A stretch of DNA of 64,000 nt from Euryarchaeota archaeon UBA125 (GCA_002502625.1 DAPV01000035.1:6279-70278); one strand, 5' to 3'; positions 20,025 through 29,046 are shown, numbered from the stretch's first letter. Numbers and translations: made by a program. Notes: generated by a model from the letters alone, not told the origin.

Positions 20025-20600
20025 ATGCACCCGTTATTTGAAATGAATCAATACCTGATCCAAGAAAAATTTTGGAGGTTTTTCGGAGGTAAATTTTGGT
20101 TTAAGGACATGGAGGGAAATATTGTCGCTTATTGTAAGCAAAAAAGATTTAGATTGAAGGAAGATATTTTTCTATATTCAGATGAATCATGCACTACAGC
20201 TCTTCTAAATATTAAAGCAAGAAATATAATTGATTTTTCAGCGACATACGATATTATTGATGTTTCATCGGGGGAAATCTTAGGATCAGCAAAAAGAAAG
20301 GGTCTCAAATCATTATTGAAAGATACTTGGAAATTGTTGGATGTAAATGGAAATCAATATGGCGAAATGATTGAAGATAGTAACGCACTAGTTAGACGGT
20401 TCGTTCCATTCGGTAAATGGATTCCTGCTCGATATCATATGGAAATTCCTGGAACTGCAGAAATTACATTGAATCAATTATTTAATCCATTTATCAGACG
20501 TACTGTTGTAACTATTCCTCAGGGACATCAAATTGATCGGCGAGTTTTGGTTGGTATCGCATTACTAAACGCTTCCATTGAAGGAAGGCAATCGTCATAA
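20025..20600 (+). CDS. LURP-one-related/DUF567 (tubby C-terminal-like, scramblase-like fold) protein
   Basis: ..QEKFWRFFGGKFWFKDMEGNIVAYCKQKRFRLKEDIFLY.. pattern and size about 190 aa. Confidence 0.35.
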   Translation: MHPLFEMNQYLIQEKFWRFFGGKFWFKDMEGNIVAYCKQKRFRLKEDIFLYSDESCTTALLNIKARNIIDFSATYDIIDVSSGEILGSAKRKGLKSLLKDTWKLLDVNGNQYGEMIEDSNALVRRFVPFGKWIPARYHMEIPGTAEITLNQLFNPFIRRTVVTIPQGHQIDRRVLVGIALLNASIEGRQSS

Positions 20601-20653
20601 TCTGTTTTTTAGTATCCATTGGCTTCATATGAGACCCGTTAGGTAAAGTATCC

Positions 20654-21091
20654 ATGGGGGCGGAAAACCAGGTAGGTCAGTTCCACATCCAAGATTTTCT
20701 TGATCAGATTGCTAACCTCGACTTAGACCCTCGAATTCAATCTTGGTATACAGTGGATGTTACAGCAATGTTGGGTGAAACTAATATTGTTCATCATGAG
20801 ATAAATGATGAAACTGGATGTTCTCTAATTTTCCTCCCTAAAAGTATCATCCATTTCTGCCCCAATAATAGAAAGATGCAACATTATCCAAAGCATTTAG
20901 TCCATTGTTTTGTAGACCATAATGATAAGATTAAACAATCATCAGAAAATATCCCAGTATATTCTGCTGAAATTTTTTCTATTTCTCCGTCTAATGAACA
21001 TCTCAACTGGGCAGTACATACAAATTCGGAAACAGATATACCTGGATTACAAGCAAAAACGGCTCGTTGGCTCAAATATCTCAATACATGA
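20654..21091 (+). CDS. Hypothetical protein
   Basis: ORF of 145 aa with no recognisable motif, in a gene-dense context. Confidence 0.3.
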   Translation: MGAENQVGQFHIQDFLDQIANLDLDPRIQSWYTVDVTAMLGETNIVHHEINDETGCSLIFLPKSIIHFCPNNRKMQHYPKHLVHCFVDHNDKIKQSSENIPVYSAEIFSISPSNEHLNWAVHTNSETDIPGLQAKTARWLKYLNT

Positions 21092-21132
21092 TTCTTCGTG
21101 TTATTCATGAACCTACGGCTAAAGCGAGTACC

Positions 21133-22383
21133 ATGGACGCTTACATTACAGGCTTGAATGCAAGATCTATTCTCGATTCTCGTGGTAATCCTACTGTCGA
21201 GGTTGATTGTTTCGTAAATGGTGCATTAGCTGGGAGGGCGGCTGTTCCCTCAGGTGCGAGTACAGGCAGTCATGAAGCTGTAGAACTTCGTGATGGAGGT
21301 AAACGGTGGATGGGCAAAGGTGTCGATAATGCAGTCCAAAATGTCATTGAAACAATTCAAGATGCGTTGGTGGGATTACGGGTTGATGATCAAACAACTA
21401 TTGATCAATGTATTTTAGATCTAGATGATTCTCCAAATAAGGCTAATATTGGTGCGAATGCAACATTGGGGGCATCTATGGCTTGCCTCCATGCTGGGGC
21501 AAATGTACACTCTCAACCACTTTGGAGATATATTGGAGGGTTGTCAGGTGGTTGCCTACCAGTTCCTTTGATGAATATTCTGAATGGTGGAGCGCATGCA
21601 GCAAGTGATGTCGATGTGCAAGAATTCATGGTTGTACCTCACGGATTCGATAGTTATCCTGAGGCTCTAAGAGCAGGTGTAGAAACTTATCATTCATTGA
21701 AATCTGTTCTAAAAGAACAGGGGCTGCTTGGAGGAATAGGAGATGAAGGTGGGTTCGCTCCAAATCTTCCTTCTAACGAAATTGGGCTTAGTTTGTTATC
21801 TGAAGCCATTGAACGTGCTGGCTATTCACCTGGTGATGAATTAGGAATAGCATTGGATGTCGCTGCGCAAGAATTTCTTCATGATGATGGATACCATATG
21901 GATGGTGAAGTGCTTAGTGGAGAAAGTTTAGTTGAAACCTACGCAAGGTGGGCTGATGAACATCCAATCATTTCTATTGAAGATCCATTTGGTGAAGATG
22001 ACTGGAATTCTTGGTCATCATTGACTAGAGAAATAGGAGATAGAGTTCAAATTGTAGGCGATGATCTATTTGTAACGAATGTTAATCGATTAAGTGATGG
22101 AATTGAACGCCGATCTGCGAATGCTATTCTAATCAAACCAAATCAAATAGGAACAATAACTGAAACTCTTGAATGCATAGAAATGGCAAAAAGCAATGGG
22201 TTAGGTACAATCATGAGTCATCGATCTGGAGAAACTAGTGATGATACAATTGCTGATTTGGCAGTTGGATCGAGAACTGGTCAAATAAAAACTGGAGCGC
22301 CTGCTCGATCTGATAGAACTTCAAAATACAATCAATTACTCCGAATTTCAGAAACATGTGGAGAATTCCTTCCCCCATTCTAA
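21133..22383 (+). CDS. eno: Enolase (phosphopyruvate hydratase)
   Basis: ..ARSILDSRGNPTVEVD.., ..SHRSGETSDDTIADLAV.. Start set at MDAYITGL; the ORF track begins at 21067. Confidence 0.9.
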   Translation: MDAYITGLNARSILDSRGNPTVEVDCFVNGALAGRAAVPSGASTGSHEAVELRDGGKRWMGKGVDNAVQNVIETIQDALVGLRVDDQTTIDQCILDLDDSPNKANIGANATLGASMACLHAGANVHSQPLWRYIGGLSGGCLPVPLMNILNGGAHAASDVDVQEFMVVPHGFDSYPEALRAGVETYHSLKSVLKEQGLLGGIGDEGGFAPNLPSNEIGLSLLSEAIERAGYSPGDELGIALDVAAQEFLHDDGYHMDGEVLSGESLVETYARWADEHPIISIEDPFGEDDWNSWSSLTREIGDRVQIVGDDLFVTNVNRLSDGIERRSANAILIKPNQIGTITETLECIEMAKSNGLGTIMSHRSGETSDDTIADLAVGSRTGQIKTGAPARSDRTSKYNQLLRISETCGEFLPPF

Positions 22384-22390
22384 TCGTGAT

Positions 22391-23536
22391 TCATATCAAC
22401 CATGATTTGAGACGTTTGATTCCTTCAATAATTTGGCTTTCATCAGTTGCGTATGATACTCGAACATGGCCCTCTCCTCCTTGAATTAAAGAACCTGGAA
22501 TTAATTGTACTCGTGCTTCTGATAATGCTTTATCTGCAAATTCAATTGCATTCATTCCGGTTCCAGTTATATCAATAAAAGCATAAAATGCACCTTCGGG
22601 AGATCGAAGATTTAATCCAGGAAGTGCATCTATTCCTTCACACAATATTGCTCTTCTTTTGAGATAATGTTCACAAAATTCATTCACAGTTTCATCTTGT
22701 TCTAAAGCAACTTCTGCTGCAGGCATCAAGAATGTAGGGACATGAGAATTGGCATTTGCCTGACATGCAAATGCAGCACTCATTGCATCTTCTGGTCCGC
22801 TTAATACTCCAAGCCTCCATCCAGTCATTGCGAAGGATTTAGAAAAGCCAGTTACTACTAATGTTCTATCTTTACCTCCTTGTAATGATGCAGGCGAAAC
22901 GTGTGGCCACTCACTCCAAACTAGGCGTGCATAAATCTCGTCACTAATGATCCAAAGGTCATGTTCAACAGCTAAATCTACAATCGCTTGGATTTCTTCA
23001 GGGGTATATACAGCTCCAGTAGGATTATTCGGAGAATTAATTAGTATACAACGGGTTTTTGTGGTGATTGAATCTCTCATATTTTCTAAATCTGGATGGA
23101 AATTTTCGTTTGTTGCAGTAAATACTGGTTTAATTCCTAATAATGCTGCTTGGCCATCATATGTTGGCCATGCTGGTGAAGGAACTAGCATCTCGTCACC
23201 TGATTCCATAGTTACCATCATCGCATAAAGCAAGGCCTGTTTTGCACCAGGAGTAACCATTACTGACTCTGGAGTTGATGTTAAATTCCATAAACGGTTT
23301 AGTTGTTCAGATATTTTAGTACAAAGTTCAATCGAACCAGGACCTCTCGTGTAATGAGTTTCGCCCCTTTCAAGAGATGCAATTGCTGCATCTACTACCG
23401 GCCGGGGTGTATCAAAACCTGGCTCTCCAACAGTCCACCTGACAACATCTTCAGGCGGTTTGATGAGGTAAGGGGAGAAGCCTACGCCAAGCCCTGTAAA
23501 GCGTGATGGGACTGATGGCATGTAAGTGCCATACAC
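22391..23536 (-). CDS. Class-I PLP-dependent aminotransferase (aspartate/aromatic aminotransferase-like)
   Basis: ..NSPNNPTGAVYT.., ..SKSFAMTGWRLGV.. (PLP lysine motif). Confidence 0.85.
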   Translation of the reverse strand: MYGTYMPSVPSRFTGLGVGFSPYLIKPPEDVVRWTVGEPGFDTPRPVVDAAIASLERGETHYTRGPGSIELCTKISEQLNRLWNLTSTPESVMVTPGAKQALLYAMMVTMESGDEMLVPSPAWPTYDGQAALLGIKPVFTATNENFHPDLENMRDSITTKTRCILINSPNNPTGAVYTPEEIQAIVDLAVEHDLWIISDEIYARLVWSEWPHVSPASLQGGKDRTLVVTGFSKSFAMTGWRLGVLSGPEDAMSAAFACQANANSHVPTFLMPAAEVALEQDETVNEFCEHYLKRRAILCEGIDALPGLNLRSPEGAFYAFIDITGTGMNAIEFADKALSEARVQLIPGSLIQGGEGHVRVSYATDESQIIEGIKRLKSWLI

Positions 23537-23631
23537 AGGTCGTTTATGTCTTTACTCCGTTAATCTCGACGAAAAACATCGAAGCGAAACTTTGACTGCT
23601 TGTCGAGAACTCGAAGGGGTTGGGGAGATAC

Positions 23632-24021
23632 ATGTCTGAGATACCAAATGAACTTAGATACACGAAAGAGCATGAATGGATACGCTTAGATGGGGATGCT
23701 GTAGTTGTTGGAATTACAGATTATGCTCAGAATGCTTTGACTGATGTGGTATGGGTAGAGATGGATCCGGATTTAGAAGGTACTGATGTAGCAGAAATGG
23801 AATCTTTCTGTTCTGTTGAATCCACAAAATCAGTTAGTGAAATATATTCACCTGTATCTGGAACTATTTTAGAATTCAACATGTCATTAGAAGATGCTCC
23901 AGAACAACTCAATCAATCCCCATATCAAGATGGTTGGATTGCAAAAATTAAACCCCATAATTTAGATGATATCGATAATCTCCTCGATGCTGAAGCTTAT
24001 TCCAATGTTGTTGGAGAGTGA
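23632..24021 (+). CDS. gcvH: Glycine cleavage system H protein
   Basis: ..EHEWIRLDGDAVVVGITDYAQNALTDVVWVE.. SVESTKSVSEIYSPVSG (lipoyl-Lys region). GGGGAG precedes the ATG. Confidence 0.85.
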   Translation: MSEIPNELRYTKEHEWIRLDGDAVVVGITDYAQNALTDVVWVEMDPDLEGTDVAEMESFCSVESTKSVSEIYSPVSGTILEFNMSLEDAPEQLNQSPYQDGWIAKIKPHNLDDIDNLLDAEAYSNVVGE

Positions 24022-24575
24022 TTAATTACGTGGAGGGTGAATCTTCTCCACCCATTTCGATTTATGTTGATGGATCGTGTATTGAGAACCGAAATGTTGG
24101 TCCAGACACAGCCGCAGGTTGGGGCTTTCTAGTTGTTACTGGTGACAGAGGATTGGGAAAAGGAACTGGGGATGTCGTCTATGAAGAAGCGGGTAAAGTA
24201 GTAACTAATAAAGACAAAAATGAGTGGATTGGGGCTGAAGTAGGATCAAATAATACTGCAGAATTATCCGCTATGATCTATGCTCTAAGGTGGGTAATTA
24301 CTCGATGCCCAAACGTACCAGTCACCATTAGAGGTGATTCCATGTATGCACTCAGAATTACAGATGGTTCATGGAAAGCAAAAGAAAACAAATTGTTAGC
24401 AAATAAGGCACAAGAAATTTGGAAAGAAGCAGAAAAATTAGTTGATATCAAATTAGCTCATATCAAAGCACATACAGGACATAGATGGAATGAAAGAGCA
24501 GATCATCTAGCGTTCAGAGTTCAATCCGATCAAGTAGCAATACCGCTCCAATTTTGGAAACCCGGACAAAGGTAG
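24018..24575 (+). CDS. rnhA: Ribonuclease HI
   Basis: IYVDGSC...NNTAELSAMIYAL...HIKAHTGHRWNERADHLA. GTG start overlaps the gcvH stop. Confidence 0.85.
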   Translation: MINYVEGESSPPISIYVDGSCIENRNVGPDTAAGWGFLVVTGDRGLGKGTGDVVYEEAGKVVTNKDKNEWIGAEVGSNNTAELSAMIYALRWVITRCPNVPVTIRGDSMYALRITDGSWKAKENKLLANKAQEIWKEAEKLVDIKLAHIKAHTGHRWNERADHLAFRVQSDQVAIPLQFWKPGQR

Positions 24576-25007
24576 TCATTCTTCCTCATCCGATAGTCCA
24601 CTAACAAAAACTAGTCTAGCATATATCGCCATCAACATCATCAACATTCCAGATACAGTCAATATCAAGGATGTTGGCTCTGCAAATAATGATTGAAGCA
24701 TTGAGTTCCCAATTAACCAAGATAACATTAATGTCGCAATACTAGCAAGTAATATTCTAGAGATTGATCGGTGCGGTTTGGACCAGAGATGAAGAGCGGG
24801 AATTAATCCGTGGAAGCCGAAAGTTCTAGCATACCATGCTCGATAAAGTAGTGTAAGGCCAATTAGCCCTAAAACACCCCTAGTGAAATCTACATCACCC
24901 CATGGGCCTGCGAATCCAACACCAAAAGAAAGTGTATTTAGAACCAAAATCAAGCCAATTAGAACTTCAAAACGGATATCAATCGGTTCAAATGGATGTT
25001 GGCCCAT
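24576..25007 (-). CDS. Hypothetical 4-TM membrane protein
   Basis: Hydrophobic helices throughout. Abuts the rnhA stop. Confidence 0.4.
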   Translation of the reverse strand: MGQHPFEPIDIRFEVLIGLILVLNTLSFGVGFAGPWGDVDFTRGVLGLIGLTLLYRAWYARTFGFHGLIPALHLWSKPHRSISRILLASIATLMLSWLIGNSMLQSLFAEPTSLILTVSGMLMMLMAIYARLVFVSGLSDEEE

Positions 25008-25088
25008 ATATGCTGGATACCAACTAGATTCATGATTTCATCGATTGATTTTGTCGGATTTATATCCCCTGCGTATATTCTAGTAGTT

Positions 25089-25958
25089 ATGGACGAAGGT
25101 GGTTTGCAAATACATATTGTTGGAGCGGGTGGAATCGGATCAAATTTAATTGCATTATTACTGCCCTCATTAAGAAACGGAATTATTGCTAATCAATTGG
25201 GTGGAATCTCTTTCCATCTACATGATGCAGATATGGTAGAAGAAAAAAATTTGGTGCACCAACGTTTTACAGAGTCGCATATTAACATGCCTAAAGTCGA
25301 TGCTTTGGCTATGGAATTTAATTTAATTCATCCAAATGTACGTGTTATAGGACATTCAACCAATCTTAGATCTTCTGAGCCTCTTAGAAATGCAAATATC
25401 ATAATAGTAGCTGTGGATAGACCCGAGCCACGCAGAATTGTACATTCTCTAAGAAATGTAGAATGGTATGATTTGAGATGTGGACTTGATTCATGTCTCG
25501 TACTCACTCATGAAACTCATCTTGATGATATAGAAAGATTGACTCCTGAACACAAACCAGCTAGCTGTCAACCAGATGGTGCTATTGAAAGTGGTAATAT
25601 TCAATTTGGTTCTGCTTTAGCAGGAACATTTGGTGCCAATATCATTCTGAGGTCACTCATGAATAGAATAGGTAACAAAACGAATATCCCTGGTCCCGTT
25701 TGTTTTTCGATGGACATGGGAATGATACCTGTTTTCATACAAACAAAAAATACAGTTCCATTTAGTCAACAGCCACCAAAACGTCCTACTCATCTATGGT
25801 CAGAAAAAGAAGATGTGCAATTGCTTGAACAAGCAAAAAGGGGGTTAACTCTGGAAAGAGTTGCGAGTCATCATCAAAGATCTCCTGGGGCAATTTGGCA
25901 TAGACTTCTAAAAATTACAGGAATAAGAAAAGCATTAGATTCTGAGGCAGGTGAGTAA
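25089..25958 (+). CDS. Minimal E1-like (ThiF/MoeB-fold) adenylyltransferase with C-terminal Myb/SANT-like motif
   Basis: IHIVGAGGIGSN (nucleotide loop), ..LHDADMVEEKNLVHQRF.. (E1 Asp/Arg motif). No CxxC zinc pairs. C-terminal WSEKEDVQLLEQAKRGLTLERVASHHQRSPGAIWHRL. Confidence 0.65.
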   Translation: MDEGGLQIHIVGAGGIGSNLIALLLPSLRNGIIANQLGGISFHLHDADMVEEKNLVHQRFTESHINMPKVDALAMEFNLIHPNVRVIGHSTNLRSSEPLRNANIIIVAVDRPEPRRIVHSLRNVEWYDLRCGLDSCLVLTHETHLDDIERLTPEHKPASCQPDGAIESGNIQFGSALAGTFGANIILRSLMNRIGNKTNIPGPVCFSMDMGMIPVFIQTKNTVPFSQQPPKRPTHLWSEKEDVQLLEQAKRGLTLERVASHHQRSPGAIWHRLLKITGIRKALDSEAGE

Positions 25959-26435
25959 ATGGAACTTTCTTCAAATTCAGTACTAAAAATGTGTGAGAAA
26001 ATTCAAAGTGGGAAAGCTAAGGATGTCGAAATAAAGCAAATTCTAGTTGAACTTGGAAATCAAAAAAGATGGGCAGAAATGTGGGGTATTAGTCATGCCC
26101 TTAGAGTAGAAATAAGTTGGATTAAAGATGCTAAAAATGATGTTTGGGTAGATATTGGAACTGCTGGTGAGGTCACGTTAAATCCGCCAATCGGTGCTCA
26201 ACTACCGTTTCAATTATGGATTCATACTCATCCATGGAATGCATATTGGAGTATTACCGACCTTCGAACATTAGCAAAGTTTTGTGGTCTGATTCAAGAA
26301 GCATTGGTTTTAGGGCATGATCATAGTAAGCATACAGTATGTAAGTTACCATTTGGTCATTCATTAGAAGAGGGTGTAGAACCCCTATCAACTTGGACCG
26401 ACGAACCATGTATTCCCTATGAGGTATCAAAATGA
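25959..26435 (+). CDS. JAB/JAMM-family metalloprotease (deubiquitinase-like)
   Basis: JAMM motif WIHTHPWNAYWSITD (H-x-H-x7-S-x2-D) with upstream Glu. ATG immediately follows the E1 stop. Confidence 0.7.
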   Translation: MELSSNSVLKMCEKIQSGKAKDVEIKQILVELGNQKRWAEMWGISHALRVEISWIKDAKNDVWVDIGTAGEVTLNPPIGAQLPFQLWIHTHPWNAYWSITDLRTLAKFCGLIQEALVLGHDHSKHTVCKLPFGHSLEEGVEPLSTWTDEPCIPYEVSK

Positions 26436-26671
26436 AAATTCGAATTCCTGATGATGATGAAGGTAAAGACATTCGTAACATAATTGTGGGAAACGATATT
26501 GGAATTGGTTTGAAGAAGTGGCTAAAAATGCAGATGGATATTGAAGCGGATGATGCATTAATAGATGCATTGATCATGTATTTCGAAGCATGTAAACTAG
26601 CTGGACTAGAATTTGTAGATATTGAAGAGGCCATCATATCACATAATAAATGGCAAAATGATTCTATGTAG
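26432..26671 (+). CDS. Small acidic hypothetical protein translationally coupled to the JAB gene
   Basis: ATGA overlap with the JAB stop. 79 aa, no GG terminus. Confidence 0.35.
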   Translation: MKIRIPDDDEGKDIRNIIVGNDIGIGLKKWLKMQMDIEADDALIDALIMYFEACKLAGLEFVDIEEAIISHNKWQNDSM

Positions 26672-26736
26672 TTTGGACCTTAGTATAAGTAGTCCCTAGA
26701 AAGATATTCAAATATGGTGTCGATTAGTGAATAATT

Positions 26737-27345
26737 GTGTCAAACAAGTATCCAGTTGAAATCGAACGGAAATTTTTGGTTCATTGTATTCCAATAAACC
26801 TTCAAAATAGTACTCATCTGAGACAATGGTACATTCCTTCATCGTTGATTGAATATAAAAATAAAATTACCCTAAATGAATTAGAATTAGTTTCAGAAGT
26901 AAAAAATGAATGGCAAAGTAAGGTTCGTGAATTAATCAACCTTGAAAATACTACAATTCGGATACGAATAGATAACAAGTCTGCAATTCTATGTATCAAA
27001 GGAAAAACAAAAGGAATTTCTAGAATGGAATTTGAATGGGAATTGCAAAATTATTCAGTTATAGAAGAATTACTTGTAGAATCAAATTGGCCCATGGTGG
27101 AAAAACAGCGATGGGAGATAATAGCAGAAGATGGGCATTTGTGGGAATTAGATCAGTTTCTAGGATTGAATGAGGGGTTATGGCTCACTGAAATTGAGCT
27201 TGCTAATGAAAATGATGATTTCGTATGTCCTAATTGGGTTGGTTCAGATGTTTCTCAAGATCGAAGGTTTTCATCAAAACAGTTGGCTAAAAATCCGTAT
27301 GTTGAATTCAAAGAAGATCAATTAAGACCACTGAGAAAATGTTAA
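26737..27345 (+). CDS. CYTH-domain triphosphate-tunnel metalloenzyme (CyaB/ThTPase-like)
   Basis: N-terminal VEIERKFLV (ExExK motif) and size about 200 aa with alternating charged beta-strands. Confidence 0.55.
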   Translation: MSNKYPVEIERKFLVHCIPINLQNSTHLRQWYIPSSLIEYKNKITLNELELVSEVKNEWQSKVRELINLENTTIRIRIDNKSAILCIKGKTKGISRMEFEWELQNYSVIEELLVESNWPMVEKQRWEIIAEDGHLWELDQFLGLNEGLWLTEIELANENDDFVCPNWVGSDVSQDRRFSSKQLAKNPYVEFKEDQLRPLRKC

Positions 27346-27512
27346 TTTTGAAGGGTTTAAATACCCTCGATACTAAATTACATTCCTGTTGAGAACTAAT
27401 CGATTTCTATAGGAATTGTAAGAAATTGGATTAGAAAATAGGATTCGAGGGAAAAGTTCAAGCACCTTACTCATCTGAATCCAATTTCCTGGCGGCGAAA
27501 AGAGGTGAACAT

Positions 27513-28646
27513 ATGGAGATAAAAGAGAATTGTATAGAATGTGGTAGCGATAAATTTGAACATGATGATGTAAGAGCTGAATATCATTGCACTATTTGTG
27601 GATGTATTGTTGAAGACCAATTAGATGATAATGTGACCCAATTCATGAATAGTGAAGGTCAGATAGAGAGAGAGATGAATTCTAACAGACTCGGAGGTGA
27701 TGAAACTAAAACATGGGCTTCCACAAGAGATGCTGCGGGCAGACCTGTTGTATACAATAGACAAAAGAGGTTGAGAAATAGTAGATTTGACAGAAATTCG
27801 AGGGCTGAAAGAACTTGGTTGAAAACTGATGTTGAGCGTTTTATCGATTCACCTAATATGCCAGGCTCTAGAACAATGAAGACTCTTGCAAAGAAGATTC
27901 TTGCCCAAACCCACTCTGTAGAGGAACACGAGAAAAGAAGAGGTAATTCTGTGATGTGGGAGGCAATGAAAAATGTGAATAATGGAGAAGATGTTCCTCT
28001 ACCACTCAATCAAACAAGACATGCTCAGAAAACTGGGAACGACGATACTAGAAATGGGAATTATTCAACAAGAATGGTAGCAATAGCTGTCATGAATATA
28101 GCCGCTAGAATTATGGGAATTGCTCTACCAACAAAGCAATTGTCGACTGCATTCGATGTTCGTCATGATCATTTGACTAGAGAGTCAATGAATATCACGA
28201 AATATCTTACAATTATTTGGAAAGCCGACAATTTGATTGTTGAACAAGGAAACCAGAGTCAGTCTCTACCTAGAATAGGAATTTCACCAGGAATGCTTAG
28301 CGAAGGAAGAACGTGGAGTGAAGAAGACATTCGTGCTGCTATTGATGAATTAAGACCTTCATTGGAAGAAAGATTTGGAACAATGACTGCCAGATTAATG
28401 ATTACAGAGATTTGGGCAATGCTAGAAGAAGCGAAAAGTCATGCTTATCTCTCAGGACAGAATATCAGATTAGTTACTGCAGGCCTAACTGTGCGTTCAA
28501 CAAAAGCAAGAGGACAATCAAGACTTAAGCAAAGAATTGCGGAATTGTTAGGAATTACCACAAATAGACTGAAAAGACTTGAGAAAGATTACAGTTTAGT
28601 CATTGATGGAATTTTCAATAATCATCATGTACCAACTGATGCATAA
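27513..28646 (+). CDS. Divergent TFIIB/TFB-family paralogue
   Basis: N-terminal TFIIB-type Zn ribbon NCIECGSDKFEHDDVRAEYHCTICGCIVEDQ (cf. canonical [12 protein letters not shown]...[10 protein letters not shown] at 54749-55675). C-terminal HTH ..QRIAELLGITTNRLKRLEK. The middle part is highly diverged. Confidence 0.55.
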   Translation: MEIKENCIECGSDKFEHDDVRAEYHCTICGCIVEDQLDDNVTQFMNSEGQIEREMNSNRLGGDETKTWASTRDAAGRPVVYNRQKRLRNSRFDRNSRAERTWLKTDVERFIDSPNMPGSRTMKTLAKKILAQTHSVEEHEKRRGNSVMWEAMKNVNNGEDVPLPLNQTRHAQKTGNDDTRNGNYSTRMVAIAVMNIAARIMGIALPTKQLSTAFDVRHDHLTRESMNITKYLTIIWKADNLIVEQGNQSQSLPRIGISPGMLSEGRTWSEEDIRAAIDELRPSLEERFGTMTARLMITEIWAMLEEAKSHAYLSGQNIRLVTAGLTVRSTKARGQSRLKQRIAELLGITTNRLKRLEKDYSLVIDGIFNNHHVPTDA

Positions 28647-28735
28647 TATCTTGATTGATATACTCTGGAGATACTATACAGATGTCTTAGGACGTAAAAC
28701 GAATGATTTCGAACGCTAACAAGGAGGAAGAATAC

Positions 28736-28954
28736 ATGAGTAATATTACATTGCGCATCGTTAACGAATCTGGTGATACAATAATGAATTCTCTAAGTGA
28801 AGCCCAGCTTCGCCAAGAGATTTCTACACTCGACAATGAAAAGTGGATTTTTGTGGATGGTCGCATGGTCAACCGCAGTGAATTGGCTAATGTCGAGGTA
28901 GCAGACAATGCTACAGTAATCGTAACGCCAAAGATTGTTGCCGGGCGCGTCTGA
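28736..28954 (+). CDS. ThiS/MoaD-like beta-grasp (ubiquitin-like) protein with non-GG C-terminus
   Basis: MSNITLRIVNESGDTI...WIFVDGRMVNRSELANVEVADNATVIVTPKIVAGRV aligns in my reading to ThiS (..VQDGDQILLFQVIAGG). AGGAGG 8 nt upstream of the ATG. Confidence 0.45.
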   Translation: MSNITLRIVNESGDTIMNSLSEAQLRQEISTLDNEKWIFVDGRMVNRSELANVEVADNATVIVTPKIVAGRV

Positions 28955-29046
28955 ACATCAATCTAAGCCCCTTAGGGCACATGGGCTTGTCCCAGTCCTC
29001 GATCAAGAAATCGATTCTTCCTTTTCTTTGATCGAATCCTTTCCAT

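Noticed and set aside
27346-27512. 167-nt spacer before the TFB paralogue as a possible ncRNA
   Set aside because: AT-rich with a TTTAAATA element. This is most simply a promoter/leader region, with no convincing secondary structure.
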